NCBI GenBank assembly: GCA_963735595.1
Contig: CAVTLK010000002.1
Coordinates: forward strand, 640,001-704,000
DNA: 64,000 nt
DNA from: an uncultured delta proteobacterium
GTDB lineage: Bacteria > Desulfobacterota > Zymogenia > Zymogenales > Zymogenaceae
Direction of reading: 5' to 3'
The translations under genes and the position numbers were made by a program. Below, piece by piece: positions 21,692-32,134 of the stretch (positions are counted from its first letter, which is position 1; the number at the start of each line of letters is the position of its first letter). The notes under the pieces are model-generated. The model saw nothing but the letters and a program-made list of their open reading frames with translations. It ran no database searches and was not told where the DNA came from.

Positions 21692-23032
21692 TTACGACAG
21701 GGGAGGGAGGTCTTTCATCCCGATGATCTTATACAGGTCGACGGGTGTGTCCTTGCCCTTGAGCCTCGTGGGGGAGACCCTTCTTGCCGACACGACGTCG
21801 GCCACGGCGCGGTAGGTCTCCCCGTCCACAACGATATCCGTCCTGAGCCGGCGTCCCGCCTGCATGATGCGTGAGGCGGTGTTGACGGTGTCGCCGATGG
21901 CGGTGTATTCCATCCGCTCCACCGATCCGATGGTGCCAACCACCGCGGGCCCGGTGGCAATCCCGATCCCCATGCCGAGCGAAACGATCCGGTATTGTTC
22001 GGCCAGGGACTGGTTAAACTGCGCCAGCGCGCTGCGCATCTGGACGGCCGCCATCACGGCGCGACGGGGGTCGTCCCCGTGCGGGAAGGGGGCCCCGAAG
22101 ATCGCCATGAACCCGTCCCCGAGGAATTTATCGAGCGTCCCGTCGTGCGTAAAGACGATCTTCACCATGTGCTCGAGATAGCGGTTCAAGAGCCCCACTA
22201 CCTCATAGGGGGAGAGCCGCTCGGAGATCCCGGTGAAATCCCGGATATCGGAAAAGAGGACGGTGACGGTCCGCTCCTCGCCGGACAGCTCCACGTCGCC
22301 GGAGAGGATCTTTTCGGCCGCCGGCCCCGGGAGGTAACGCCCGAGCACCGCGGTGATGAGGTTTCGCCCCTGCTGCTCCTCGAGGTTTTCTATCACGAGC
22401 TTCCTGGCCCTGATGCCGATAATGCCGGACGCGTAGGCCGTCCCCACCAGGAGAACCCCCTTCATGACCGATGAGACGATCGGCACCGGCCCCCCCGCCG
22501 CCACGTAGGGCAGGTCGATCGCGGAAAACGCGATGAATACTGCCATTGACCCGGCAGCGCAGTAATGCGAGTGCCTGATATCCAGCCGCAGCCCCGAAAG
22601 GGCGTTGATGAGAAACAGGCCGTAGAACGGCGCAGCGTCCGCCGACATTACATAGGTGGGGGCATTGGTGGCGTTCCTGTTGATGACGATGGCAACCGCG
22701 ATAAAGACGAGGTCGAGCGTCGTCAGGACGTAGGTGAGCCAGGGGCGGTACCGCTCCGTGGTGAAGAACCGATCCAGGAAAAGGACCAAAAAGAACAGCG
22801 CGAGGGAAAGGGCGGCAAAGACGGAGATATTGAGCACCGTGGATGTATCCCACCGCTTTATCAGTATCGATATAACGGCAAGCAGCACCAGGTTGACACC
22901 GTAGACGATGAGCCTGCCGCGCGTGATAAGCCGCTCGTTCTTGATCTCCTCCCTGAGGAGGCTCTCGCGTACCTGCTCTGATATGCTCTCGTCTCGGGCG
23001 CCGTCCCGATCGTACGCTGGGAAATGTGCCAT
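21692..23032 (-). CDS. Membrane adenylate/guanylate cyclase (class III)
   Basis: TM region then VLFSDIRDFT, DKFLGDG and YTAIGDTVNTASR. Confidence 0.92.
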   Translation of the reverse strand: MAHFPAYDRDGARDESISEQVRESLLREEIKNERLITRGRLIVYGVNLVLLAVISILIKRWDTSTVLNISVFAALSLALFFLVLFLDRFFTTERYRPWLTYVLTTLDLVFIAVAIVINRNATNAPTYVMSADAAPFYGLFLINALSGLRLDIRHSHYCAAGSMAVFIAFSAIDLPYVAAGGPVPIVSSVMKGVLLVGTAYASGIIGIRARKLVIENLEEQQGRNLITAVLGRYLPGPAAEKILSGDVELSGEERTVTVLFSDIRDFTGISERLSPYEVVGLLNRYLEHMVKIVFTHDGTLDKFLGDGFMAIFGAPFPHGDDPRRAVMAAVQMRSALAQFNQSLAEQYRIVSLGMGIGIATGPAVVGTIGSVERMEYTAIGDTVNTASRIMQAGRRLRTDIVVDGETYRAVADVVSARRVSPTRLKGKDTPVDLYKIIGMKDLPPLS

Positions 23033-23092
23033 TGTGCAACTCCACTGAAGGTTTGTACTGTGCCGGTCCGCGGCATCCGGGCGGTTATGCGG

Positions 23093-23822
23093 CTATCGGG
23101 CGACCATCAGGTCATAGGTAATTTCGAGGATCGTACCGGGGCCGCCCCGGACGGTAACGACGTACGTGCCCGGATCGAGGTCCGCATAATAGAACCCGTC
23201 TTTCACGTACTGGAGGCCGGCGGGGTCGTCGGCGATGGATTCCTCGTAGGAAAAGAACTCCCGGTTACGATCCGCCGCCGAGACAATGGAAAAACCGATG
23301 ATGGAGCCGTAGCCGCCGTCCGGGCAGGGCGTGAAGCTCGAATCGAACCGGGCGATCGTGAAATGCGTGGCGGTCGACCCTTTCGGAACGGTCAGGGTGC
23401 CCTCCGTCTTCACGCACCGTTCGGAGACGGCGGATTTAACGGTGTATCCGCCTGATACGTCCTTCGGCTTCGGGGCAAAACCCGGGAGGATCGAAGACCG
23501 GGACCGTCACGCCCGGATCGACCAGGAGGACCGAGCCGTGGAGGTAGCCGGTGACCGGTGCGCCGCCATGCCCGAGCCGGACATTGTACCAGTAGTCATC
23601 CGGCACCGCCGCCAGGTAGTCGGTAAACGAGGTGCGCGAGAGGACCTCGATGCGCTGCCCCTTGGCCGTCGCAAATCCGGGGACCTCTTCGACGATAAAG
23701 GACGGCCCCTTCATTAGGGGGATGGAGCCCTCGGTGACGGTCCCATTTTCAACGCCGAGAGATGCGAGGGGAAAGAGGATGACGGCGGCCAATACCGCCA
23801 GGGACGGGAATAATCGTTTCAT
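23093..23822 (-). CDS. Secreted hypothetical protein (paralog 1), frameshifted near 23440
   Basis: Signal peptide and strong similarity to the 23892..24656 product. Confidence 0.7.
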
Positions 23823-23891
23823 GTACAAGGCTCCTTTTTTATGTCGGCAGCCGGGAGTTTCCAGCTTTTGGTTTGGCGATACCCCCCGCCG

Positions 23892-24656
23892 TCAAAGGCC
23901 CGGCGCCGGGCCAGGGGCATCCTCTATGTCATAGGTGATCTTCAGTTCAAGACAGGGGGCGCCCGTGACGTCCACTACGTAATCCCCCGGCCCCAGGTCG
24001 AGGGAAAAGAAGGTATCCCGCGCCGTATCAAAATCGCCGGGGCCGGCATCCACCGGAACCTTATAGGCGAAGAGCGGGGCGCCGGGCGGCGATACCGGGG
24101 CAATGGAAAACCAGTCGTTCGGCCGGTCCAGCCATTCTGGGCACTCGAAGGAGTCCGAGCCAAGCCAGTTGAGCCTGAACCGGACGGCTCTTTTCCCGGG
24201 GGGGACGGTAATCGTGCCCGTTGTCTTCTTACGCTCCTTATCGATCGAGGCCGTCAGGGTCAAGCGCACGAAGGCGGGGGCCGTTGTCGATGGGGCGGCG
24301 CCTGCGGGGTCGAAGACCGGGATTGCCCTGCCCGGATCGATCCTGAGGGCCGACCCGTGGATGTAGCCGGTTATCTCCGCGCCGCAGTGCCGGTACATGA
24401 CGAGGTACCAGTAGTCCTCCGGGACGCCCGCCATGCGGTCGGTGAACGAGGTGCGGGAGAGGACGATGACCTCGCTGCCTACCCCCCCCATCTCGAAGAT
24501 GCCGGAATCCCGGCCGACGAAGGACGGCTCCCTCATATAGAAGATTTCGTTACTCGTGATAGTTGCGTTATACTCGGGAGGCTCGTGAGAAAAGGCGATC
24601 AGAGCCGCGGCGAGGAAGAGGGGAATAGTGAAGATCATCAGGAGATAGCGATTCAT
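23892..24656 (-). CDS. Secreted hypothetical protein (paralog 2)
   Basis: Signal peptide and LSRTSFTD..A.VP.DYWY.V...TGY.HGS shared with paralog 1. Confidence 0.75.
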   Translation of the reverse strand: MNRYLLMIFTIPLFLAAALIAFSHEPPEYNATITSNEIFYMREPSFVGRDSGIFEMGGVGSEVIVLSRTSFTDRMAGVPEDYWYLVMYRHCGAEITGYIHGSALRIDPGRAIPVFDPAGAAPSTTAPAFVRLTLTASIDKERKKTTGTITVPPGKRAVRFRLNWLGSDSFECPEWLDRPNDWFSIAPVSPPGAPLFAYKVPVDAGPGDFDTARDTFFSLDLGPGDYVVDVTGAPCLELKITYDIEDAPGPAPGL

Positions 24657-24752
24657 TAGTATTCCTCGCTGGATAGAGGAGACTGAAGAAGCCTTTCGTG
24701 GCACCGTCTATCATTCACAGGCGCGGCCGGAATTGACCTGTCCCCGGCCGCC

Positions 24753-25547
24753 TCACCAGAGTACCGACAGGCACGTCAGGCCGCCGTCGGCCCTGGCGAA
24801 TTCGGATATATCACAGGTGATTACCGGAAACCCCGCCCGCTCGATCCGCCGCCTCGTCTCGGGAAAGCCGTCGGCCACGATGATAGTCCCGTTTACGGTC
24901 AGCACGCACGCGGCGCCGGCCTCTTCTTCGGGGACGGTGATCTTTTTGGTTCCGTCAAACGCCGGATCGGCCAGGAACGCCTTGAGACCGAGCACCGCGT
25001 CGGGCGAGAGCGGCGTGACTGCCGATTTGAGGTGCAGGCCGAAGGGGACCTCGACAAACCGCGCATCGCCGCCGTGTTCCTTCGCGATTCGGCCGAGCTC
25101 TTCGGCACCGCGGATATCTGTGCGTTCCGAGAGCCCAATGAGGTAGGTGCGCCCCAGCCGCAGGATGTCCCCGCCGTCCAGCGTCCCATCGCCGCTCATC
25201 CGGTAGACCTCCTTACGGCGTGCGATCTCCCGCTCGATAGAGACCGTCTCTCCCCTGCGGGAGGGGGCCCCGGGGCGCGTGATGACCGCGAGGTCCGGCA
25301 GCATAACGCAGGTGTCTTCCACGAAACAGCCGTCGGGAAAGGCGGGCTCGGCGGGCAATTGAATAAGGTCAACGCCGAGGTCAGTAAGAATCCTCGCATA
25401 TCGTGTGTGCTGGAGCAGGGCGAGCTCGAAATCAATACCGGCCGCGGCCCCGCTGCTGCTCAGCGCCCCGGTCATCTCGGGGCCGGGACGCCGGACGACG
25501 CCCCCGGTGTAACGATAGGCGAAAAATTCCGATTCGTCTGTGCTCAT
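24753..25547 (-). CDS. Dimethylarginine dimethylaminohydrolase (amidinotransferase superfamily)
   Basis: FPDGCFVED, SRRGE, LDGGD, LHLKS and GGLTCLS. Confidence 0.9.
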   Translation of the reverse strand: MSTDESEFFAYRYTGGVVRRPGPEMTGALSSSGAAAGIDFELALLQHTRYARILTDLGVDLIQLPAEPAFPDGCFVEDTCVMLPDLAVITRPGAPSRRGETVSIEREIARRKEVYRMSGDGTLDGGDILRLGRTYLIGLSERTDIRGAEELGRIAKEHGGDARFVEVPFGLHLKSAVTPLSPDAVLGLKAFLADPAFDGTKKITVPEEEAGAACVLTVNGTIIVADGFPETRRRIERAGFPVITCDISEFARADGGLTCLSVLW

Positions 25548-25604
25548 GCGCGGGCTCCGTTTAGCTCGGCGGGCGACTGTATTCGTCCCGTACGGGTGCC
25601 GTGA

Positions 25605-26243
25605 TCAGGACGCAGTGGGGTTGTTTGCAAAGTATTCGCATTGATGGCGGATTGGACAGACGGGGCAGAGCGGCTTCTTGGCCTTGCAAACCGCCCTCCC
25701 GTGGGAAGTCAACAGCAGAGAGAAATGGGACCAGCGGGACTCCGCAATGGTCTCCCGCAGCTCAAACTCTATCTTCTCGGAATCGTTTTGAACGGTAAGG
25801 CCGATGCGCCGCGACAGGCGAAATACATGCGTATCCACGACGATACCGGCCTTATTGAACCCGCAGGTCAGCACGAGGTTTGCCGTCTTGCGGCCGATCC
25901 CCGGCAGGGCCACGAGCTCTTCCATCGTTTTTGGGACTGTGCCCCCGTGGCGCTCTTTGATCATGCCGGCGCATTCCCGGATGGCCTTTGCCTTGTTGCG
26001 GAAGAACCCCGTGGAATGAACCTCGTCTTCCAGGACGCTGGTTTCGGCGGCGGCGTAGTCGGCGGCGGTCTTGTATTTCTTGAAGAGCCGGGAAGTTACC
26101 TCGTTGACGCGCTCATCGGTGCATTGGGCCGAAAGGATGGACGCGACCAGGAGCTCCAGGGGGTTAGTAAACGTGAGGGCACATCGCGTGTCCGGGTAAG
26201 TGGAATCGAGGATCCGATAGATTGCATCAATTTTGTCTTTCAT
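25605..26243 (-). CDS. nth: Endonuclease III
   Basis: LSAQCTDERVN, HhH motif LPGIGRKTAN, VDTHV and 4Fe-4S motif C-x6-C-xx-C-x5-C. Confidence 0.95.
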   Translation of the reverse strand: MKDKIDAIYRILDSTYPDTRCALTFTNPLELLVASILSAQCTDERVNEVTSRLFKKYKTAADYAAAETSVLEDEVHSTGFFRNKAKAIRECAGMIKERHGGTVPKTMEELVALPGIGRKTANLVLTCGFNKAGIVVDTHVFRLSRRIGLTVQNDSEKIEFELRETIAESRWSHFSLLLTSHGRAVCKAKKPLCPVCPIRHQCEYFANNPTAS

Positions 26244-26429
26244 GGGGATTTCTCGTTGGGGGTGGAAACAAAAACACTACTACTTTATCACTTTGGGAGC
26301 GATTTATCAAACGTTTTAATTATTCTGGCGGGAACGGACATTGACAATCTGACATTACCGGGCATAGAATAGGAGCACGTCTGTTTCATGCCCCCTCATC
26401 CTGCAGCTATTTCTGACGGAGATGTACGC

Positions 26430-26921
26430 ATGTTTCGAACAATGAGAAGGAAAAATCAGCAATTATCCCGGGAAGAAGCCATTGGAATCCTGCAATCGTG
26501 TCCGACCGGGATACTCGGCCTAATCGGCGACGATGACTACCCCTATACGGTGCCTCTCAACTATGTTTATGGCGACGATAAACTGTTCTTTCATTGCGCA
26601 AAGGAAGGCCATAAGATCGACGGTATGAGAAAGAATGACAAGGTAACCTTCTGCGTAGTAGAACAGGACGAGGTCGTTCCAAAGGCCCTCGCGACGAAGT
26701 ACCGCAGCGTCATCGTCTTCGGAACGGCGAGGGTACTGACCGGCGACGCCGAGAGGCGGGACGCCCTGGACCGGTTAATCGAAAAGTACTCCCCTGACTA
26801 CCGGGAAGTGGGAAAGCAGGCGATCGAAAAAGAATGGGACCTCGTATCAGTGGTGGAAATCAAGATCGAGCATATGACGGGAAAGACTGCGATAAAAGGT
26901 GTAATGGATATGGAGCAATAA
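26430..26921 (+). CDS. Nim-like pyridoxamine 5'-phosphate oxidase family protein
   Basis: MFRTMRRKNQQL, YPYTVPLNY, FHCAKEGHK and YRSVIVFG. Confidence 0.85.
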   Translation: MFRTMRRKNQQLSREEAIGILQSCPTGILGLIGDDDYPYTVPLNYVYGDDKLFFHCAKEGHKIDGMRKNDKVTFCVVEQDEVVPKALATKYRSVIVFGTARVLTGDAERRDALDRLIEKYSPDYREVGKQAIEKEWDLVSVVEIKIEHMTGKTAIKGVMDMEQ

Positions 26922-27039
26922 GGCGGTCAAGAAGGAGCCTCCGGCATATGACGTGATAGATGGAAACGAAGCGGCCCATGAACTATCATGGGCCGCTTTG
27001 GTTGTATATCTTACACCATGTCCGTGAACTCCGGGGCGT

Positions 27040-28941
27040 TTACACCGCGTCCTTGAACTCCGCATCGACGACGTCGTCGTCGGGGCCTGCTTGAGCGCCG
27101 GCGGAAGGTCCCCGGCCGTGTGATCCCTGTCCCGGCTGCCCCTGGCTCGATGCATAGAGCCGCTCGGCCATCCTCTGGGTCGCGGCCTTGAGGGCCTCGA
27201 CCGACCGCTCGATTGCCGCCGTATCCTCGGCCTTGATTGCGGCCGCCGCCTCGTCAATGGTGTGCTGGACTTCGTCGATGTCGGCGGGGGTCAGCTTTTC
27301 GCGGTTCTCGGAGAGGGTCTTACCGGCCTGGTAGACGAGCATGTCCGCCTCGTTCCTGATCTCGACGGCCCGCTTCTTGGCCCGGTCTTCCTCTCCGTGG
27401 CTCTGGGCCTCGCGCACCATCCGCTCGACCTCGTCTTTGGCAAGGCCGGAGGAAGACGTAATGGTGATAGACTGCTGCTTTCCGGTTGCCATGTCCTTTG
27501 CCGATACGTTGACGATACCGTTTGCGTCGATATCGAACGTCACCTCGATCTGGGGAATGCCGCGGGGCGCCGGTGCGATGCCGGAAAGTTGGAAGTTGCC
27601 GAGGGTCCGGTTGTCCCGCGCCATCTCGCGCTCGCCCTGCAGCACGTGGACGTCCACGGCGGGCTGGCTATCTTCGGCCGTTGAAAAGATCTGGCTCTTC
27701 CTGGTTGGAATAGTCGCGTTACGCTCGATGAGCCGGGTCATAACCCCGCCAAGGGTCTCGATGCCGAGAGACAACGGCGTCACGTCCAATAACAGCACGT
27801 CCTTCACGTCGCCGGTAAGCACGGCGGCCTGGATGGCCGCGCCCATGCCCACGACCTCGTCGGGGTTGACGCCCCTGTTGGGCTCCTTGCCGAAGATCTT
27901 CTTTACTTCTTCCTGCACCCGCGGTATCCGCGTGGAGCCGCCCACAAGGACCACCTCGTCGATGTCGGAGGGCTTCATCCCCGCGTCGGCCAGCGCCTTT
28001 TTTACCGGTTCGATCGTTCGAAGGATGATGGGCTCCGCCAGGGCTTCGAACTTGGCCCTGGTGAGCTTTATGGTCATGTGCTTGGGCCCGCTGCTGTCGG
28101 CCGTAATGAAGGGAAGGTTGATTTCGGTCTCCATGGCCGACGAGAGCTCGATCTTTGCCTTTTCCGCCCCTTCCTTGAGCCGCTGGAGGGCCATCTTATC
28201 CTTTGAAAGGTCGATGCCCTGGTCGCGCTTGAACTCGCCGATCAGGTATCCGATGAGGACGTGGTCGATGTTGTCGCCGCCCAGGTGCGTGTCTCCGTTA
28301 GTGGACTTAACCTCGACCACGTTATCCCCGACCTCGAGGATGGATATATCAAACGTCCCGCCGCCGAAGTCGAAGACCGCGATCTTCTCGTCCTTCTTCT
28401 TTTCCATACCGTAGGCCAGCGCGGCGGCGGTCGGCTCGTTGATTATCCTCAGGACGTTGAGCCCTGCGATCGTGCCGGCGTCCTTGGTGGCCTGCCGCTG
28501 GCTGTCGTTAAAATAGGCGGGGACGGTGACAACCGCGTCCGTCACCTTCTGGCCCAGGTAGTCCTCGGCCGCCTTTTTGAGCTTCTTGAGCACGAGGGCC
28601 GAGATCTCGGGCGGGGCGTATTCGTGTGAATCTATTTTCACGCGCACGTCCCCGTTGGCCGACTTCGTGACCTTATAGGGGACCATCTTCATTTCTTCTG
28701 TTACCTCGTCGAGCCGCCTGCCCATAAACCGCTTGATCGAAGAGACGGTTCGCTCCGGGTTGGTGACGGCCTGCCGCTTGGCGGCCTGGCCCACGAGGAT
28801 CGTGTTGCCGTCGGCAAACGCGACCACCGACGGGGTTGTCCTGCCGCCTTCTTCATTTATTATAACCTTGGGCTCCGTTCCTTCCATTACCGAGACGACT
28901 GAGTTGGTGGTGCCCAGGTCTATTCCTATTGCCTTTGTCAT
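27040..28941 (-). CDS. dnaK: Molecular chaperone DnaK
   Basis: [35 protein letters not shown] and C-terminal DVVDAEF. Confidence 0.98.
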   Translation of the reverse strand: MTKAIGIDLGTTNSVVSVMEGTEPKVIINEEGGRTTPSVVAFADGNTILVGQAAKRQAVTNPERTVSSIKRFMGRRLDEVTEEMKMVPYKVTKSANGDVRVKIDSHEYAPPEISALVLKKLKKAAEDYLGQKVTDAVVTVPAYFNDSQRQATKDAGTIAGLNVLRIINEPTAAALAYGMEKKKDEKIAVFDFGGGTFDISILEVGDNVVEVKSTNGDTHLGGDNIDHVLIGYLIGEFKRDQGIDLSKDKMALQRLKEGAEKAKIELSSAMETEINLPFITADSSGPKHMTIKLTRAKFEALAEPIILRTIEPVKKALADAGMKPSDIDEVVLVGGSTRIPRVQEEVKKIFGKEPNRGVNPDEVVGMGAAIQAAVLTGDVKDVLLLDVTPLSLGIETLGGVMTRLIERNATIPTRKSQIFSTAEDSQPAVDVHVLQGEREMARDNRTLGNFQLSGIAPAPRGIPQIEVTFDIDANGIVNVSAKDMATGKQQSITITSSSGLAKDEVERMVREAQSHGEEDRAKKRAVEIRNEADMLVYQAGKTLSENREKLTPADIDEVQHTIDEAAAAIKAEDTAAIERSVEALKAATQRMAERLYASSQGQPGQGSHGRGPSAGAQAGPDDDVVDAEFKDAV

Positions 28942-29024
28942 GATAAATCACCTCTCTATTGATCTATGTAACTAATATAGGCATGGTTTTTTTCAAGTCA
29001 AGGAAAGCCAATGCATTTTTATTG

Positions 29025-29076
29025 TTGACAAAATAGATAGAAGTGCTATTCTTCGCTGTGAGTGAATGCTCATTCA
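29025..29076 (+). promoter_or_regulatory. Promoter and palindromic operator upstream of the acyl-CoA dehydrogenase
   Basis: TTGACA-N16-TATTCT followed by TGAATG-ct-CATTCA (29063-29076). Confidence 0.55.
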
Positions 29077-29127
29077 TTTAGAGTCTCCCGCTCTTATACG
29101 TAATCACAGCCAAAGGAGGAAGGGATT

Positions 29128-30999
29128 ATGGCAAATCTGTTGGTGGATATACGGGATCAGCAGTTCAATCTATATGAGATGCTTGACCTCGATGGACTGA
29201 CCAAATATCCGAAGTATGGCGACTATTCGAAGGACATGTTCAACATGGTCCTCTCAGAGGCGGAGAAGATGGCCGTCAACGTCATCTTCCCAACTAATGC
29301 CGAGGGCGACAAGGAAGGCTGCAGCTTCGCAAACGGGAAGGTGACCATCCCTAAATCATTCGCAGGCGCCTACCAGAAGTTCGTCGAGGGCGGCTGGATT
29401 ACCGTCTCCGATGATGTAGAGGTCGGCGGCCAGGGATTCCCGGAGCTGATCAACGCGGCGACAAAGGAGCTCTTCGGCGCCGCTAACTTCGCCTTCATCA
29501 TGTATCCCGGATTGAGCCACGGCGCCGCCAAGCTGATCGAGATCTACGGCTCCGAGCAGCAGAAGCGCATGTACATGGACAAGATGTACGCCGGCCAGTG
29601 GGGAGGCACCATGTGCCTTACCGAGCCGGGCGCGGGTTCGGACGTCGGCGCGCTCAAGACCGCTGCCAAGCCGATCGGCGACGGCAAGTTCAAGATCACC
29701 GGGACCAAGATATTCATCTCCGCCGGCGACCATGACCTGACCGAAAACATCGTGCACCCCGTCCTGGCCAGGATAGAGGGGGCGCCCGCGGGCACGAAGG
29801 GTATCTCTATCTTCGTCGTCCCCAAGTACCGCGTCAATGCAGACGGAAGCCTCGGCGCCTTTAACGACGTCAACACCGGGAACGTCGAGCACAAGATGGG
29901 AATCAAGGGCAACGCCACGTGTACCCTGAATTTCGGCGACAAGGACGACTGCATCGGCGAGCTCCTCGGAGACGAGGGGATGGGGATGCGCGTCATGTTC
30001 AACATGATGAACGAAGCGCGCCTCGGCGTCGGCCTGCAGGGTCTCGCCCACGCGACGGCCGCCTACCTGCACGCGGTGGATTACGCCAAGACCAGGCTCC
30101 AGGGATCTGACCTGGCCAACTTCCGCAATCCCGATGCGCCGCGCGTTTCCATCATCAACCATCCGGACATCCGCCGGATGCTCCTCTGGATGAAATCCCA
30201 GGTAGAGGGGCTGCGTGCCCTGATGTATTTCACCGCGTACGCCGTCGACATGGAGCACAGCGTCCAGGATCAGGTGGAGAAGGATAAGTGGCACGGCTAC
30301 CTTGAGCTCCTCACCCCGATCTGCAAGGCGTGGGGAAGCGACATCGGATTCCGCGTTACCGAATACGCCATTCAGGTCTACGGCGGATACGGGTTCACGT
30401 CGGAATACCCGGTCGAGCAGTTCATGCGTGACTGCAAGATCGCCTCGATCTACGAGGGAACCAACGGCATTCAGGCGATGGACCTGGTCGCCCGTAAACT
30501 GGGCCAGAACAAGGGGATGAATTTTATCAACTTTATCAGCCTCATGACCGAGACCTTCACCAAGCATAAGGTCGACGGCTCCCTCAAGGATGCCCTGGGC
30601 GAGTTCGAAAAAGCCAGAAACACCCTGGGCGAGATCGGCGGGTTCTTCGCACAGTGCGGGGCGTCGGGCAAATTCCTGGTTCCGATCGGCAACGCGTACC
30701 AGTTCTTGGAGTTGATGAGCACCGTTACGCTCGGCTTCTTCCTCCTGTGGCAGGGGGCTATAGCGGAAAAGAAGCTGGAAGCTATCAAGAAAGAGAAAAA
30801 CGTCAAGGACGACGACTGGGTGGCGGTTGCGGCCCTTTATAAAGACAGCAAGGACGCCGCGTTCTATCAGGGCAAGGTGGCCGCAGCCAAGTTCTACTGC
30901 GCCTACGTCCTGCCCCACGTCGAGTCGATGGCCAAGGCGATCAAGAAAGAAGACATGAGCATCATGGAAATCGCCGAAAGCGCCTTTGCGTCGGCCTAA
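29128..30999 (+). CDS. Acyl-CoA dehydrogenase (long, FadE5-like)
   Basis: MCLTEPGAGSDVG, GTKIFISAG, EHKMGIKG, QVYGGYG and IYEGTNGIQA. Confidence 0.95.
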   Translation: MANLLVDIRDQQFNLYEMLDLDGLTKYPKYGDYSKDMFNMVLSEAEKMAVNVIFPTNAEGDKEGCSFANGKVTIPKSFAGAYQKFVEGGWITVSDDVEVGGQGFPELINAATKELFGAANFAFIMYPGLSHGAAKLIEIYGSEQQKRMYMDKMYAGQWGGTMCLTEPGAGSDVGALKTAAKPIGDGKFKITGTKIFISAGDHDLTENIVHPVLARIEGAPAGTKGISIFVVPKYRVNADGSLGAFNDVNTGNVEHKMGIKGNATCTLNFGDKDDCIGELLGDEGMGMRVMFNMMNEARLGVGLQGLAHATAAYLHAVDYAKTRLQGSDLANFRNPDAPRVSIINHPDIRRMLLWMKSQVEGLRALMYFTAYAVDMEHSVQDQVEKDKWHGYLELLTPICKAWGSDIGFRVTEYAIQVYGGYGFTSEYPVEQFMRDCKIASIYEGTNGIQAMDLVARKLGQNKGMNFINFISLMTETFTKHKVDGSLKDALGEFEKARNTLGEIGGFFAQCGASGKFLVPIGNAYQFLELMSTVTLGFFLLWQGAIAEKKLEAIKKEKNVKDDDWVAVAALYKDSKDAAFYQGKVAAAKFYCAYVLPHVESMAKAIKKEDMSIMEIAESAFASA

Positions 31000-31013
31000 G
31001 AGAAAGCCTGCTA

Positions 31014-31040
31014 AGGGGGGGCATCCGCCCCCCTTTTTTT
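31014..31040 (+). terminator. Intrinsic terminator
   Basis: GGGGGGC-ATCC-GCCCCCC followed by a T tract. Confidence 0.75.
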
Positions 31041-31138
31041 ATTTTTCAAACCCTTTACAGCAATAGACTATCCTGATACACTCTCCGGTAAAAAACCGGT
31101 GCCGCTTCTCCTGTATCCGAGGACTGGAAACTACCGTA

Positions 31139-31951
31139 ATGATCGACCTCCACAACCATACCCATTTCGGCGACGGTTCCGACCCGCCGTCCGTAATGGT
31201 CCGACAGGCCCGGGAAAAGGGGATGACGGTTTTCGGCCTTTCCGAGCACTTCCCGCGGCCCGAGGGTTATGATTACCCGATCGAGAGCTTCAACCACCGG
31301 ATGCTAGCGGGCCGCTGGTTCGACTATGCCTCTGAGGTGCAGCGTCTCAAGGCGGGCGGAGACAGAGACCTGACGCTTCTCTTCGGCGCCGAGATCGACT
31401 ATATCTCCGACAGGGAGGAGTGGATACGGGCGGAGGTGGCGGCGTTCAACTTTGACTATATCATCGGCAGTGTCCACATGATCGATACCTGGGGATTTGA
31501 CTACCTTCATGACGACTGGAACGGCAGGGACGTCGACGCCCTCTATACCCGGTACTATGAGATACTCGTGAGACTGGTGCGGTCGGGGATCGCCGATTTC
31601 ATCGGTCACCTCGATCTCATCAAGGTCTTCAAGCACACCCATCCTCCCGGGCGCGATCACCGTGACGAGGCGATCGGGGTGCTCGGGGAGGTGGCCCGGG
31701 CGGGTACCTTTATCGAGATCAACACGGGGGCGCTCAGAAAGCCCTGTAAGGAGCTTTCGCCTGCGCCCGACCTGATCCGTGAGGCGGTACGTCTGAAGAT
31801 CCCGTTTACCCTGGGGTCGGACGCCCACCGCAAAGGGGACATTGGCCATCATTTGCCCGAGGTCGTCGCCATGTTGAAGGATCTTGGTGTCCGTGAGGTC
31901 GCCTATTTTCAAAACAGAAGCCCCCGGTTTATCGCCCTTTCGGACCTGTAG
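31139..31951 (+). CDS. Histidinol-phosphatase, PHP family (HisJ/HisK-type)
   Basis: DLHNHT, SEH, DYIIGSVH, GHLD, EINT and GSDAH. Confidence 0.88.
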   Translation: MIDLHNHTHFGDGSDPPSVMVRQAREKGMTVFGLSEHFPRPEGYDYPIESFNHRMLAGRWFDYASEVQRLKAGGDRDLTLLFGAEIDYISDREEWIRAEVAAFNFDYIIGSVHMIDTWGFDYLHDDWNGRDVDALYTRYYEILVRLVRSGIADFIGHLDLIKVFKHTHPPGRDHRDEAIGVLGEVARAGTFIEINTGALRKPCKELSPAPDLIREAVRLKIPFTLGSDAHRKGDIGHHLPEVVAMLKDLGVREVAYFQNRSPRFIALSDL

Positions 31952-32134
31952 GATACAAACGAGACGGGAGCCTGATCACCTGAGCGTAAAACTTCCGATG
32001 CGGGCGCCTTCAGCCTGCCTGATGTCCGTCGTTTACGCGCTAATGCATTCCAGATGAATATACGCTGACGGTATGGGGGCCGCGCGCCGCGGCGCGCGGC
32101 AATCGTATCGGCCTATTTCGGGTATACGTGAGAG

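Noticed and set aside
29356..30918. Long antisense ORFs (also 33195..34523, 38096..39271, 27341..28414)
   Set aside because: Shadow ORFs of real genes caused by high-GC codon bias, with no protein motifs.
31960..32130. 6S RNA or other ncRNA
   Set aside because: Only a weak GCGTAAA/TTTACGC pairing, with no recognisable family features or typical context.
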